From Octopus vulgaris (taxonomy: Eukaryota), in the NCBI GenBank assembly GCA_951406725.2, contig OX597823.1, positions 62,434,001 to 62,498,000 of the forward strand: DNA of 64,000 bases. Direction: 5' to 3'. Position numbers and translations under genes: made by a program. Positions within the stretch are counted from its first letter, which is position 1. Every line of letters starts with the position of its first letter. The notes beneath the pieces are model-generated. The model was not told the DNA's origin, ran no database searches, and saw nothing but the letters and a program-made list of their open reading frames with translations. Shown in pieces: positions 13,097 through 24,554 of the stretch.

Positions 13097-13445
13097 TGGC
13101 TCGCGAACGAAGATCAGGAAGGCTGTCCACGTCGCGTGCATGCACGCTCATGACTGACAAGTCCAATATGGGAAAGGCAGGTCTGTGAGCAGTGTCCACA
13201 GACGAAGGTAACATCCGGTGTGGTACCAGAGGCGGCTCGCACCTTCCTCCTGCGTCTCTTGTCTTTAAGTGCGTCTCTTCTTTGTTCCTCAAACTTGCTG
13301 ACTGCGTTGAAGATCGTGTGGCGCCAGACATCACGGTCCACAGCCAGGTCTGACCAGCATTGGTGGTTAATTTGACATGCTGTTAGAGACTTCTTGAGGC
13401 AGACTTTGTAGCGTTTCCTCGAAGCTCCTCTCAGTTGCGAACTCT
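13097..13445 (-). mobile_element. RTE (BovB-like) LINE 3' end
   Basis: RGASRKRYKVCLKKSL...WSDLAVDRDVWRH...FVCGHCSQTCLSHIGLVSHERAC, with a C-terminal CCHC-type finger. Confidence 0.9.
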
Positions 13446-13589
13446 CACCGGCCACATTAAGCGGGACATAATGTATTGTTAAATAACAAAAGTGGTCGGT
13501 TCGATTCTCATCCCAAGCCCTCTGCAAATACTCTCGTGGCGACTAATTTCACAACGGAAAGAAAAATATGCTGAAGTTTTTTTATCTTT

Positions 13590-13805
13590 TGCTTGTTCCA
13601 GTCATTAGACTGCGGCTGATCAAAAAAAAAAATCAATTTCGATACTAACAAGTCTGATACTTATTCTATCCGTTCCTTTTGCCGAACCGCTGTGTAAGTG
13701 GGACGTAAACAGTCCGATACCGGTTGTCAAACGGGAGGAGCAAACACAAACACAAACATAAATATATATATGTGTATATGTATGTATTACGTATGTATGA
13801 ATATA

Positions 13806-13841
<36 letters not shown>

Positions 13842-13952
13842 GGTGTGGTTGTGTGGCAAGTAGCTTGCTTACCAACCACATGGTTCCGGGTTCAGTCCCA
13901 CTGTGTGACACCTTGGGCAAGTGTCTTCCACTATAACCTGAAAGAAGCCCGA

Positions 13953-13986
<34 letters not shown>

Positions 13987-14200
13987 CGTTTGTGTGTCTG
14001 TGCTAGTCCCTCCACCATCACTTGAAAACCGACTTTGGTATGTTTACGTCCCCGTAACATAGCGGTTCGGCAAAAGAGACCGCTAGAATAAGTACTAGGC
14101 TTACAAAGAATAAGTCATGGGGTCAATTTTGTCGATTAAAGGCAGTGCTCCAGCCTGGCTACAGTCAATTGACTAAAACAAATAAGAGAATAAAAGAATT
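13590..14200. mobile_element. Back-to-back SINE A pieces (minus-strand tail 13590-13760; plus-strand copy 13842-14200)
   Basis: Matches the family A sequence in both orientations. Confidence 0.85.
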
Positions 14201-15484
14201 TGCCCTATTTATAATTATACCATATGTTACATATATATTATATCATACCTTGATACCGTGTGGACTAAGATCCCCGTTGACAGGCCGGTGATATTTATAG
14301 AGTGTTAAACCCTTTCGGTATGCAAATTAGGGACTCATGCATAGAGTAACTGCTGCATTTGTTGAGTATATTAGCAATTTGGCTGCCTGGTTCTCAGGAG
14401 GCTGTTAGAATGATGTGGACCCCTCTGATGGGAACCCAATAAGGTTCTAAAATCGATTAAGGTTATTCAGCATATTTTTCCAGATTGCAGAGAAATGGCT
14501 AAAATTCGCCCTGTTTATAATTATACCACATATTATATATATGTGTGTGTGTGTGTGACGGGATTCTTGCAGTTTCCGTCTTCTAGATTCATGTCACAAG
14601 GATTTGGTCGGTCTCATACGATAGAGGAAGACAGTTGCCTAAAATTCCACACAGTGGGACTGAACCCGAAACCACGTAGTTGGGAAGCAAATTTCTTACC
14701 ATACAGACATACCTGCGCTTATATTTAATTATTCGTTTAAAGGTAAGTTTGATTGATGGATATTAAAGATTAAAAGAAATTATCGAAATGAGTGGTGACT
14801 ATTTACAAGGTAAACTGCTGCTGCTGCTATTGTTGTTGTTGTTGCTGTTGGTAGTGAAAAGTGTCAACTACATGAAGAATTGATTCTTTTAAGTCAAATC
14901 AACTTTTCAACCTCAAACGCCGCAGTTTGTGATTTTATCGTGTCATAAACAATAAGAATTATACAATGCTTTGATTGGTAGTAGTATCGTTAAATAATCA
15001 AAGCCTGATCGTGGAAGGCAAGGCTAGAATTGTTCGTGTTGCGAATAAAGAAATAAGGCAATATGATACTTTTCAAGTTGAACAACTCGTTTCTACCCGT
15101 ATATGAGTCTCCAGTCGTTTACCCAATCTATTTTTGGAATTGACTTTCTTAACCATAATATTTACTGAGCAGGTACTGATACTAACTCAGCTATTGTTTG
15201 TGCCGTTACTTATCAAAGCATTTATGAATGCGTGTGTACGCACGTTTGTGTCTATGTGTTGTTATGTATGCATATTTCTATGCACATATATTTGTACAAA
15301 TGCATGTGGGAGAGTGTAGCATTAGAGCACTTTAGCTCTGATCTCTAGCAATGTAGTCACATTTAGTGACAATTATAATTTTTCCTTTTTGGTGAAACGT
15401 TGCAAACTGCTGTTTATTAATTTTATGTATACGCATTGGCGAATCGTTAAACCATCCATTAATTTGAATGGTGAAAACATATAC

Positions 15485-15611
15485 TAATAGAGAAACGAGT
15501 CCGAAAGAGCCGAAGTTTGATCCAGTTCCAACTGGTGAGGCAACGGAAATTGCCGAAATTGACGTCAGTATTAGGAATTCTTGATCGGCAATTTTCGGAC
15601 GATTAAGGGCC
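15485..15611 (-). CDS. Candidate exon (RALNRPKIADQEFLILTSISAISVASPVGTGSNFGSFGLVSLL)
   Basis: CATTAACAG acceptor; open frame phase-compatible with 15933-15975; donor is weak (GTATAT). Confidence 0.3.
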
Positions 15612-15780
15612 CTGTTAATGTATATGTTTACATTTATGCGCGTTGACTACAACATTAGAACATTTTAGCTCTTATCTCTAACAATGTAGGTGTTTCTAAC
15701 ACCCTAGTCACATTTAGTAACAATTATAATTCTTTTTGGTAAAACACTGCAAACTGCTGTTTATATAAATTATATATGTT

Positions 15781-15877
<97 letters not shown>

Positions 15878-15932
15878 TATCAACCACACATACTCTATGT
15901 TTTTGCCTGTTCGCCGGTTCACTATGACATAC

Positions 15933-15975
15933 CTCTTTAGGAACGACTCCGTCATAGCACTAGGTGTTAAAACAC
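15933..15975 (-). CDS. Candidate exon (VLTPSAMTESFLKR)
   Basis: Acceptor CTATGACTTTCAG, donor AG|GTATGT, 43 nt open. Confidence 0.4.
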
Positions 15976-16254
15976 CTGAAAGTCATAGTCAGGCGAGACA
16001 ACTCAACCCCGATCCCATCCAGGAATGATAGATATCGATATTCTGTCATTTTTGTGGCTTATCACTATCACATAACTGGGTTGAACCAGGGACGAACTGA
16101 ATCACTAATCTATGACTATATACAAATAGTGTAAGAACCATTTGCTGGTATGCCATGATGATGCTGACGTAAGATTAAATTCAACAGGGAATTTAATTGA
16201 ATTTAATCTTGCGTGATTCTAGACACCTCAAAACAATGAAATCAACACTCACCA

Positions 16255-16255
16255 C

Positions 16256-16309
<54 letters not shown>

Positions 16310-16720
16310 GTTAGTTAATTTGGCTCAAAAGCAAATAGCAAGGCCATGTAGGGGGACATGGAGTTAAGTACAGGGTGGTGTTCATGTAAAGAGTTCAGGC
16401 CACTTGAGGTCAAGGGAGGCTTTGAACAAAGCGGTCGTCGGCATCTTCACCATCTCGTCTGGCAGCTTCTTCCACGGATCCGCAACCCGGACGGAGAAAG
16501 CTCCTCTCCTTCGATTGAGATGAAATCGTCGCAGGTAGAGCTTTCGGAATGACCCCGCAGCCGACGCTCTGGAGCAGGAGTGAAGAACAGCTCTTTCGAG
16601 AGGTTACACTTTCCGCTTATGATGTTGTGGGCGAGAATGAGATCACCACGGCGGCGGCGTTTTTCAAGAGAATAAAGGTCGAGCGTCCTCAGCCTTTCTT
16701 CATAGGACAAATTTTTGAGA
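16255..16720 (-). mobile_element. CR1-type LINE 3' end with (TAAC)n tail
   Basis: LKNLSYEERLRTLDLYSLEKRRRRGDLI...RLRGH is a CR1 signature; tetranucleotide tail at 16255-16318. Confidence 0.92.
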
Positions 16721-16944
16721 CTAGTGATAAGAACACTCACCCCAATACGCTACACCACAACCAACAGCTTACGATATGTATTCAACTGTCTCTTCGTCAC
16801 CATAAAATGAATCATGCGAAATATAATTCTGAAGATAGAGTTACATCCCAAATACCCACTAGAAATTTGAATTCTATGCCCCCAGGATTACCTAATAGAA
16901 GTGGGTGAAGAAGTATACACCCCGCTTCTCTTTAATTACCACAG

Positions 16945-17353
16945 TTTTGCTTGTCAGTTGTTTGACCTTAACCAGTTGAGCATGTCCCTTTGTGGCTGAT
17001 AATATGTGCATCTCTGATCACGAGCAGAAGTAGTGGGGGAGCATCATAGCCATGTGTTGAGAGGATTTGGATAATTCACGCCTGAATACATGAATTTAAC
17101 ATCCTTAAACAACCTTTATTCAGGGACCTTTTGAGCGGATTGGACTCCTCGACCTAAAGAAAATTCTAGCTAGGCCCCACTTGCAAGATCATGCGCTGTT
17201 AATCTAGATACGAGATCACCATGTCGCGCACATATTGTCGTGATGTATGTGCCTAGTAGTCATGTGGGGGTAATCATGTGGAGTATATTGGGTTTCGTAT
17301 ATTTGTACCCCAGTTTAACTTTGAAGGCATGCGCTGCTCTCTCACTCAGTAAC

Positions 17354-17393
<40 letters not shown>

Positions 17394-17420
17394 GCAGTAA
17401 TTACGATAATAATAATAATA
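16945..17420 (+). mobile_element. Probable LINE 3' UTR with (AAT)n tail
   Basis: Non-coding segment ending CTCTCTCACTCAG followed by (AAT)n; family not determinable. Confidence 0.4.
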
Positions 17421-17426
17421 ATTGTT

Positions 17427-17640
17427 AAGGTGTCGAGCTGGTAGAAACGTTAGCACGCCGGACGAAATGCTTAGCAGTATTTCGTCAGTTTTTACGTTCT
17501 GAGTTCAAATTCCACTGAGGTGGACTTTGCTTTCATCCTTTCGGGGTCGATAAATTAAGTACCAGTTGCGTACTGGGGGCGATCTAATCGACTAGCCCCT
17601 TCCCCAAATATTTCGGGCCTTGTACCTAGAGTAGGAAAGA
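17427..17640 (+). mobile_element. SINE family B (Meta/MESC-domain-like)
   Basis: AAGGTGTCGAGCTGG head, GTTCAAATTCC B box, CTTTCATCCTTTCGGGGTCGATAAATTAAGTACC core; further copies at about 3110, 10560, 27003, 29118, 32635, 33695, 36893, 51290 and 51685. Confidence 0.85.
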
Positions 17641-17899
17641 ATAATAATAGTAACAACAACATAACTACTAGTTACAATGTTAGGGATAACACCATCAGCC
17701 ACGTTACTAATGCCGCATTTGCCTTCTCTGAAGGGCTGGGAACCCTTCAATCACCAATACTTATAATGATGGCATAGATGGTATTGAAAACTGCAACTGC
17801 GAGGAGAGTGAATCAGATGATTTAACTTAATGCTCCATATAATTTCTTATTATACCATTTATAGCACACTTAGCAGAATGATTACTATACAAAAGAGCT

Positions 17900-18850
17900 C
17901 CTGGTGTAATTTCATTTACGAAACAAACGCCCTTGACAAGCTCACTGCAAAAGCTTTAACGTAGTATATAAGTGCTCCGTCATAAACAGGCTGCAAAACT
18001 CCACCAATGTTTACATATGGAGCTACCGTTAATTTTAAATAAAGACACGCAGCGCATTTAAACTCGTTTAGACACGAAGAAAAAAATAACAGTAATTCAA
18101 CTTCTCTAGCAGAACACAAGTTGTATATCGTGTAATATGGTTTCTTGGAGAAGAAAACGTACCACACGATAAAGCTTTGTCCATCACTGACTCTAGTCCT
18201 CCATACCAGATCCAAAACGCCCCCTATTGGTTGTGTTGGTTACTCTCCCATAAACCAACACAAGTATTAAATAAGCACAACGGGGCATCCTCCCATTGTG
18301 TTCACATACTCTTTAAAACTTTCAAATTTTACCACGAATCTAGATGCAGTAGGACAACTTCCTCTGTATAACTACCTACCAATTTATTTCCACTATGTTG
18401 TTTAGATACGGCACAGGCCCATTCAATTGGTTTAATATCCATTCATCATATTTGTTTATTCTATTTCATGTATTTATTTGTTTCTCCATAGATTTTTATT
18501 TTCATAGATTATCCCCCTACTGTTCTCCAGTCATTCATACTTCTACACCTCACCCGACTTATAGCATATGTAATACTCAGTTTCTAAACTCAGTTTCTAA
18601 ACAGCTATTAGATACCTAACGTCAAGCATTTCCTGGCTTATAATATACTTAATACCTATTATAATGAAACACTAGTAAAGCTAGATTTATCTACTTTGGC
18701 TTACCAGATTTCTTTGCTCAACATTTTTATCTATTTCATTTACTTTATTCTATCATTTATTACAGAATCTATTATTCATTATACTTTGTTCATTTCATCC
18801 CTATATGTTATAATTCGCTCTTCTCTAACCTGATGAAAATTTATAGTTTA
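17900..18850 (+). mobile_element. Penelope-like element remnant (GIY-YIG plus pLTR)
   Basis: Frameshifted VVYKCSV...VY(I)GATVNFK*RHAAHLNSFRHEEKNNSNSTSLAEH. Confidence 0.75.
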
Positions 18851-18856
18851 TTTATA

Positions 18857-20181
18857 GGCGCAGGAGTGACTGTGTGGTAAGTAGCTTGCTTAAAGAACTG
18901 TCCTCGGGAGCAAGGCGGAGTCCTGGAGCAGTCATTTGAGACCTCTGTAGAAGAGGGAACGAAAGCGGCTGAGGAGACGGAGAACTCCTCAGGAAAGGGC
19001 CGCAAGAGGAAGAAGGTGAGCAACAATGGGTGCTCACCGAAGGATCCTGGGGATGAGGGAGAGGAGGTGAATCTCCCAGTCACGGAGGAGACGCACCCTC
19101 CCTCAGTTGAGAGGAAAAAAAGAAGAGGAAGAGAAACGGGTCATTACCGGCAGTCGGTGACATAGCACCAGAATGTACCAGAGCCTTGCCGGTAGGGGTT
19201 GTGCCACCGACAGGGTAAGAGACACCGTTGGGGGAATTGTGCCGCCAACGGTAGAACTGACTACCTCGAACCCAGAGGAAGAGGAACTATTGGTCTTCTT
19301 CTACAGAGGCGGAGATGTAGAAGAGGTGGTGGAAAAGCACCATAATGGAGTACTTTTAACCTTCACACAGGATCTCGAATGGCCTCCGCAGATAGCTGTG
19401 GAGGTCATAACGGTGTCTGTGGGGTGTGGGCTGCAGGGACTCAATGAGAAATATCGTTTGTGGCCGGGCGACGCCGGCTCGGAATCCGCCTTGGTCTTCA
19501 ATGAGGCGTGGGGGATGGTGGAGTATTCGGGCACAAGTGATGTTGGGGTTGGAATAATGACAAGAGGCTGAAAAGATTCAGTGTTGTAATGTTTATTGCA
19601 TGTTATTGTGTTTAAGAGGCTTAACGTCCCAATTCTTAAATGGGCTATTTATTAGTCCAAAAATTGTGAAATTGAAGTAAGAGGTTCATTACTACGTTTT
19701 GTCTTTTTCTGTAAAAAAAAGAGAGAGAATTATGTTTTAGAGAAGCAAAGGATCGGCGGGCGTTTTTTGTCTTCTCCCATTAATTGTCTTCTCCTTGTCA
19801 TCATTCGCTTCATCAATGACTTTGTCCAGCCCGCAAGCTACTCTGAATCGTGCCTTTATGGCAAAATTTTTGAAATAAAGTAGCTTGCTTAAGGACTACA
19901 TTGCTCCGGGTTCAGTCCCACTGCGTGGCATCTTGGGCAAGTGTTTTCTGCTATAGCCTCGGATCGACCAAAGCTTTGTGAGTGGATTTGGTAGACGGAA
20001 GCTGAAAGAAGTCCGTATGTGTGTGTGTGTGTGTGTTTGTGCTCGAAATGAGTAGATAGTCAGCCAACAACTGATGAAGGTCCATTCTCTGTGTTTACTT
20101 GTCCTGGTTTCCAATTTCTTCTCTCGTTGTATACGTATTTCATGTTGCTTGCACAGATGGTGACGTCCTGTACCCATATAT

Positions 20182-20270
<89 letters not shown>

Positions 20271-20465
20271 TAAGTCAGTTTATCTGTGTTTGTCTCCAAC
20301 TATCGCTTGACAACCGATGTTGGTGTATTTGCGTCCTCGTAACTTAGCGGTTTGGCAAAAGAACTGATAGAATAAGTACTAGTCTTACAAAGGGGTCGAT
20401 TCGTTCAACTAAAGGCGGTGCTCCAGCATGGCTGCAGTCAAATGACTGAAACAAATAAATAAAAA
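18857..20465 (+). mobile_element. SINE A interrupted by two nested insertions
   Basis: Head at 18857 resumes at 19878; pLTR-like insert at 20040-20180 within its microsatellite. Confidence 0.85.
18894..19877. mobile_element. Chimeric L1/Tx1 ORF1-like insertion with 15-bp TSD
   Basis: TSD AAGTAGCTTGCTTAA at 18879-18893 and 19878-19892; plus-strand low-complexity ORF1-like frames; minus-strand AHLRIGTL endonuclease start near 19640. Confidence 0.65.
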
Positions 20466-20659
20466 GATATATATTTATTTGCTCCCGATAAACTTAATAA
20501 TATCACAGGCTTCTATGGTTTTTGCCCCTATCACCAGTTGAAGTTTAATCCTTCCCCCATCACTTTCCAAATCAGGTTCATTGTACTGACGGGCTATAGG
20601 TTGAAGAATCCATTTATCTCATTTTTACCTTATCTACAACGGTATCTGTGGGACCTTGT

Positions 20660-21050
20660 GAGGGCGTAAATTTGTGTGGGGATGTCGTTTTCCTTCAGGA
20701 CAACACCAAACCACATGTTTCCTTGCAGACTAGGTAGAACTTGTTGCAGCTTGTCTGGGATGTTCAACATCACTACCGTACTCATCTTAGCGTGCACCTT
20801 CGGATTACTATTTATTTCGGTCCCTACAAAATCTCTTAATTCTTTAGAAGACCGTAAAAACAACTAAGACCAGTTCATTACCCAGAATAATACTGGGAGA
20901 ATGGGACCATGAAGTTGCTTCAAAGATAGTCATCAAAGGTAGTGGAACAAAATGGAGTATATGTGGTTCAATAAAGATATGTACAAATATCTAAATATTG
21001 TTTTTGAAGTTTACTTCAAAAAAGGTACGCACCTTAGCTCCTACCCAATA
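20660..21050 (+). mobile_element. Mariner transposase C-terminal remnant
   Basis: VVFLQDNTKPHVS...SDYYLFRSLQN...KVVEQNGVYV, then a TIR-like end ACCCAATA. Confidence 0.8.
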
Positions 21051-21738
21051 TTAATCAGATGATATCATCTGTAGATGTTTTGTACCAGAAGTGCTACTCC
21101 TCCCTGAACACTTCATACATCTGTAACAAAAGAGTTGTGGGAATCAACAATTATCAATCCGACAGCTTTACTAGATTACAGTCAGAACCAATAATTTACA
21201 CCTGAATGATCGCACCTGCATAAATCAATCGCTTATCACACCCGTAAGTAGAACGCTATACGAATCATTAATAATTATTCTAGATTTTAAATAAATATGC
21301 TGCAAATGGCACTGTCTATTCTATTCAGAACCTAGCCGTCTCACATTCAGCCTGATTGTGCTGATTTACTTCTACTGTTGCATGTACACAAATATAACTT
21401 TTCAACACATCGCCAAGCATCCATGGTCATAGGACTTTGTAAGTAAAACAAAATGGATCAAACAATGAAACGATAGCGAGATATCTATATGTCACTGGAT
21501 TTAAGTGACAAAAGCTTGTACAACACTTTACCACTCTCCTTCTCTCTCTCTTTCTCTCTCTCTCTCTCCCTCTCCCTCTCTCTCTCTCGGTGAAGTAGTA
21601 GGTTCCAGTACATTGTAAGATGGCTGGTACTCTAACCACATTTTATGTCAGAGTATCTTTCTTCCCAAAGAGTTGCATTCCCCACGGTTTTGTCAAAAAA
21701 TACATACACGTATTTTTATGTATGTTTATGTGCATGTA

Positions 21739-21774
<36 letters not shown>

Positions 21775-21876
21775 ATAGAAATGGTAAGACAACAAAAGAA
21801 TGAAAGAGACTTCGATATTATGTAAATAGAGGGATTTATCTGTAAAATTAATATGTGATAATTATTCGGTAGCCAT

Positions 21877-21937
21877 GATAAAACTCCGAGTTTCGGATGT
21901 CGGGGCGGAAACCCACGCTTCCATCTCTTCAGTTATC
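21877..21937 (-). ncRNA. Type I hammerhead ribozyme motif
   Basis: Reverse complement: GATAA-CTGAAGA-GATG..CATC-C-GAAACT CGG AGT-T-TTATC; stems I-III pair and the core is intact. Confidence 0.75.
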
Positions 21938-22894
21938 CGACAATCGAAAAAATCTCTCTTTCGATGGCCGGATAACTGATATATATATATCAGATTGAAG
22001 GGGACATAGAAATCCGAGCGATTTCCTTATCTCTCCTGCGAATAACTGCTAACAGCGTGCTTAGAAGTGGACAGTTCCACACAATCTAAACTTCTAGAGA
22101 TAATTCATTTGTCGCGGAGTATGAGACTAAGAATGGAATAGATGATATTACATTTATCCCACCATTACGATCGTTTCAAGAATACATGGCACAGACTTTT
22201 GGAAGCATCTCAACAGGTTTATAAAGGTTTTATATTCCTCTCTTCAAGCGACTAGCTCCACACATTTCCAACATTCACCCAAGATACAATTCCAGTCTTC
22301 CACCAGTACTAAGGAGCTGTTTTTCCGGGAAACACTTCAAATGCATAAAGAAAATCTGGTCTCCTAGCTCATGTTGGACCGGAGACGGTTACAATCCTCA
22401 GGGTATGACCTTCTCTGCTCGTCACGTCAAGTAACACGAATTACGCTCTCGGTCTATGGACATTGTTCGTATCATGAGACTGAGACCTTTCCGAAACAAC
22501 ACAGCCATGCCACCTTATATTTCCGATCGAGTCAACTTGGAGACAGGTAAATATCGTACCATTGATATGTGAGGGTCAGAAACTCTGGTTTGACTGATCC
22601 ACACACACACACATTTATAGTTAGTAATGATTTCGATGGCCCTGCTTACAAGGTGACCCTAGACTACACGCTTTTATGATGCTTATTCTGAATAAGTTCA
22701 AGTTCGACAGAAAGAGAACAGAGAAAAGTCCCCGTGCACGAGGGACTGTTGAGGACGAGGTACAGATATTTTGTCCTTCTGGTTAGATGTGGGCCTTTAC
22801 ACAAGCAGTTCTTTGTTAAGTTTTTGCTGATGTTCCCGCTACAGTCCCCTGCACTATCGGGATATTTATATTTTTATCGTTTGATGTATATTAT

Positions 22895-23310
22895 TATTTC
22901 TTCATTGCCCACAAGGGGTTAAGCATAGAGGCGACAAACAAGGACAGACAAAGGGATTAAGTCGATTACATCGATCCCAGTACGTAACTGGTACTTAATT
23001 TATCGACTCCGAAAGGATAAAAGGCAAAGTCGACCTGGGTGGAATTTGAACTCAGAATGTAACGGTAGACGAAATACCTATTTCTTTACTACCTACAAGG
23101 GGTTAAACACAGAGAGGACAAACAAGGAGAGACAAATAGATTAAGTCGATTGTATCGACCCCAGTGCGTAAATGTTACTTAATTTATCGACCCCTAAAGG
23201 ATGAAAGGCAAAGTCGACCTCGGCGGAATTTGAACTCAGAACGTAGCGGCAGACGAAATACCGCTACGCATTTCGCCCGGTGTGCTAACGATTCTGCCAG
23301 CTCGCCGCCT
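22895..23310 (-). mobile_element. SINE B with duplicated body
   Basis: Two tandem body units; flanking direct repeat TGATGTATATTA. Confidence 0.88.
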
Positions 23311-23325
23311 TGTGTGTGATGTATA

Positions 23326-23800
23326 TTACGTATTGTTTGATTGATCTTTGGGTGTCGGTATGTTATTTTTTGGTATGATGTCTGCGTATTGATATATGTA
23401 TTTCAGTTGTTCTTCATATTTACGGCAGTGATGTTTATAAGGTTCCTGTTGCTGCTGTTTTTGATTTTCGGGTGTTATGGGATTTGCTAGTGTTTGTAAT
23501 GCTGGTTGTCTCTGTGGTGATCGTGGTGATGGTGACGATGGTGCTGGCACAACTGGTGTTGTTGTTGATGATGATGTTCGTGTGTCATTGTTGGGAGGTT
23601 TTTGTTTTACCCATTTGAATCTCCCAGTTTTTTTTTTCTTTTGTTGTTCCTTCTTTTTCTTGTTTGTTACATTTAACCATTTGTTTTCTTCTCCCCCACC
23701 TTCACCAAACGACATAAATAAGTAGTACGAAGCGGAGCGGGTCATGTCTTGAGGGTTTTTTTTTTCGAGGACTTTCAGTTACAGTTGTTGGTGGGGGTGT
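23326..23800 (-). mobile_element. Probable L1/Tx1 ORF1 low-complexity fragment
   Basis: K/P/S/T-rich 139-aa ORF next to other Tx1 pieces. Confidence 0.45.
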
Positions 23801-23883
23801 GATAGCTCTTGAGGGCGATGTTTCTTATTTTATTTTTGTTGCCGTTGTTTCCACTGATATTTTTCTGTCGTTGTTGCTGTTGT

Positions 23884-24376
23884 CTTCTTCTTCTAATCAG
23901 GACTCACGCCATTAGCCACAAAGAATAATCTCTAATTCGAGCCTACTCTAAGCTACTAAGACTGCGTGTGGCAACTTGAAGATCCACCCACCACACGCGA
24001 TAGACTGGCGGTTGCACGGGTGCGAAAGCTACGTTGTTATCCTCATTTCGTAAACGGTGGCTTTTAACAGGTGGAGAGCTGAACAATCCCGGGGTACAGA
24101 GGGTTCGCAATCTAGACTAGGGTCTGAAAGTTTACCACACCATAGTAGGTTACACCATGGTTCCTCTGCTTCGTGGCAGAAGTAGGAAGAAAGAGCGAGA
24201 GAAAGTTGTGGTGAAAGAGTACAGCGGGTATCAGCCCCCCACCCCCACCCCACCGGAGCCTCGTGGAGCTTAGGTGTTTTTGCTCAATAAACACTCACAA
24301 TGCCCGGTCTGGGAATCGAAACCGCGTTCTTACGACCGCGAGTCTGCTGCCCTATCCACTGGGCCATTGCGCCTCC
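23884..24376 (-). mobile_element. tRNA(Arg)-like SINE, family C, long-tail variant
   Basis: Reverse complement begins GGAGGCGCAATGGCCCAGTGG and contains GGTTTCGATTCCC; same head as the copy at 29850. Confidence 0.85.
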
Positions 24377-24554
24377 ACTGTTGCTGTTGTTGCGGCTGCT
24401 GCGACTACTGTGGTTGCTGCTGCTGCTGCTGCTGCGGCTGCTGATGCTTTGGTGTGTGCTGCTTTTAGTGATACAGTTGCTGTTATTGTTACTGTTTTAG
24501 CCACTTGCTGCCGTTGGTGCTGCCCCTGCTTTCGCTGTTGGTCTTGTTGCTGTT

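Noticed and set aside
16825-16873. AATT-CTGAAGA-TAG..CTA-GAAATTTG-AATT hammerhead-like motif
   Set aside because: Stems are short and A/T-rich with G at the cleavage site; it is better explained as a minus-strand splice acceptor or chance.
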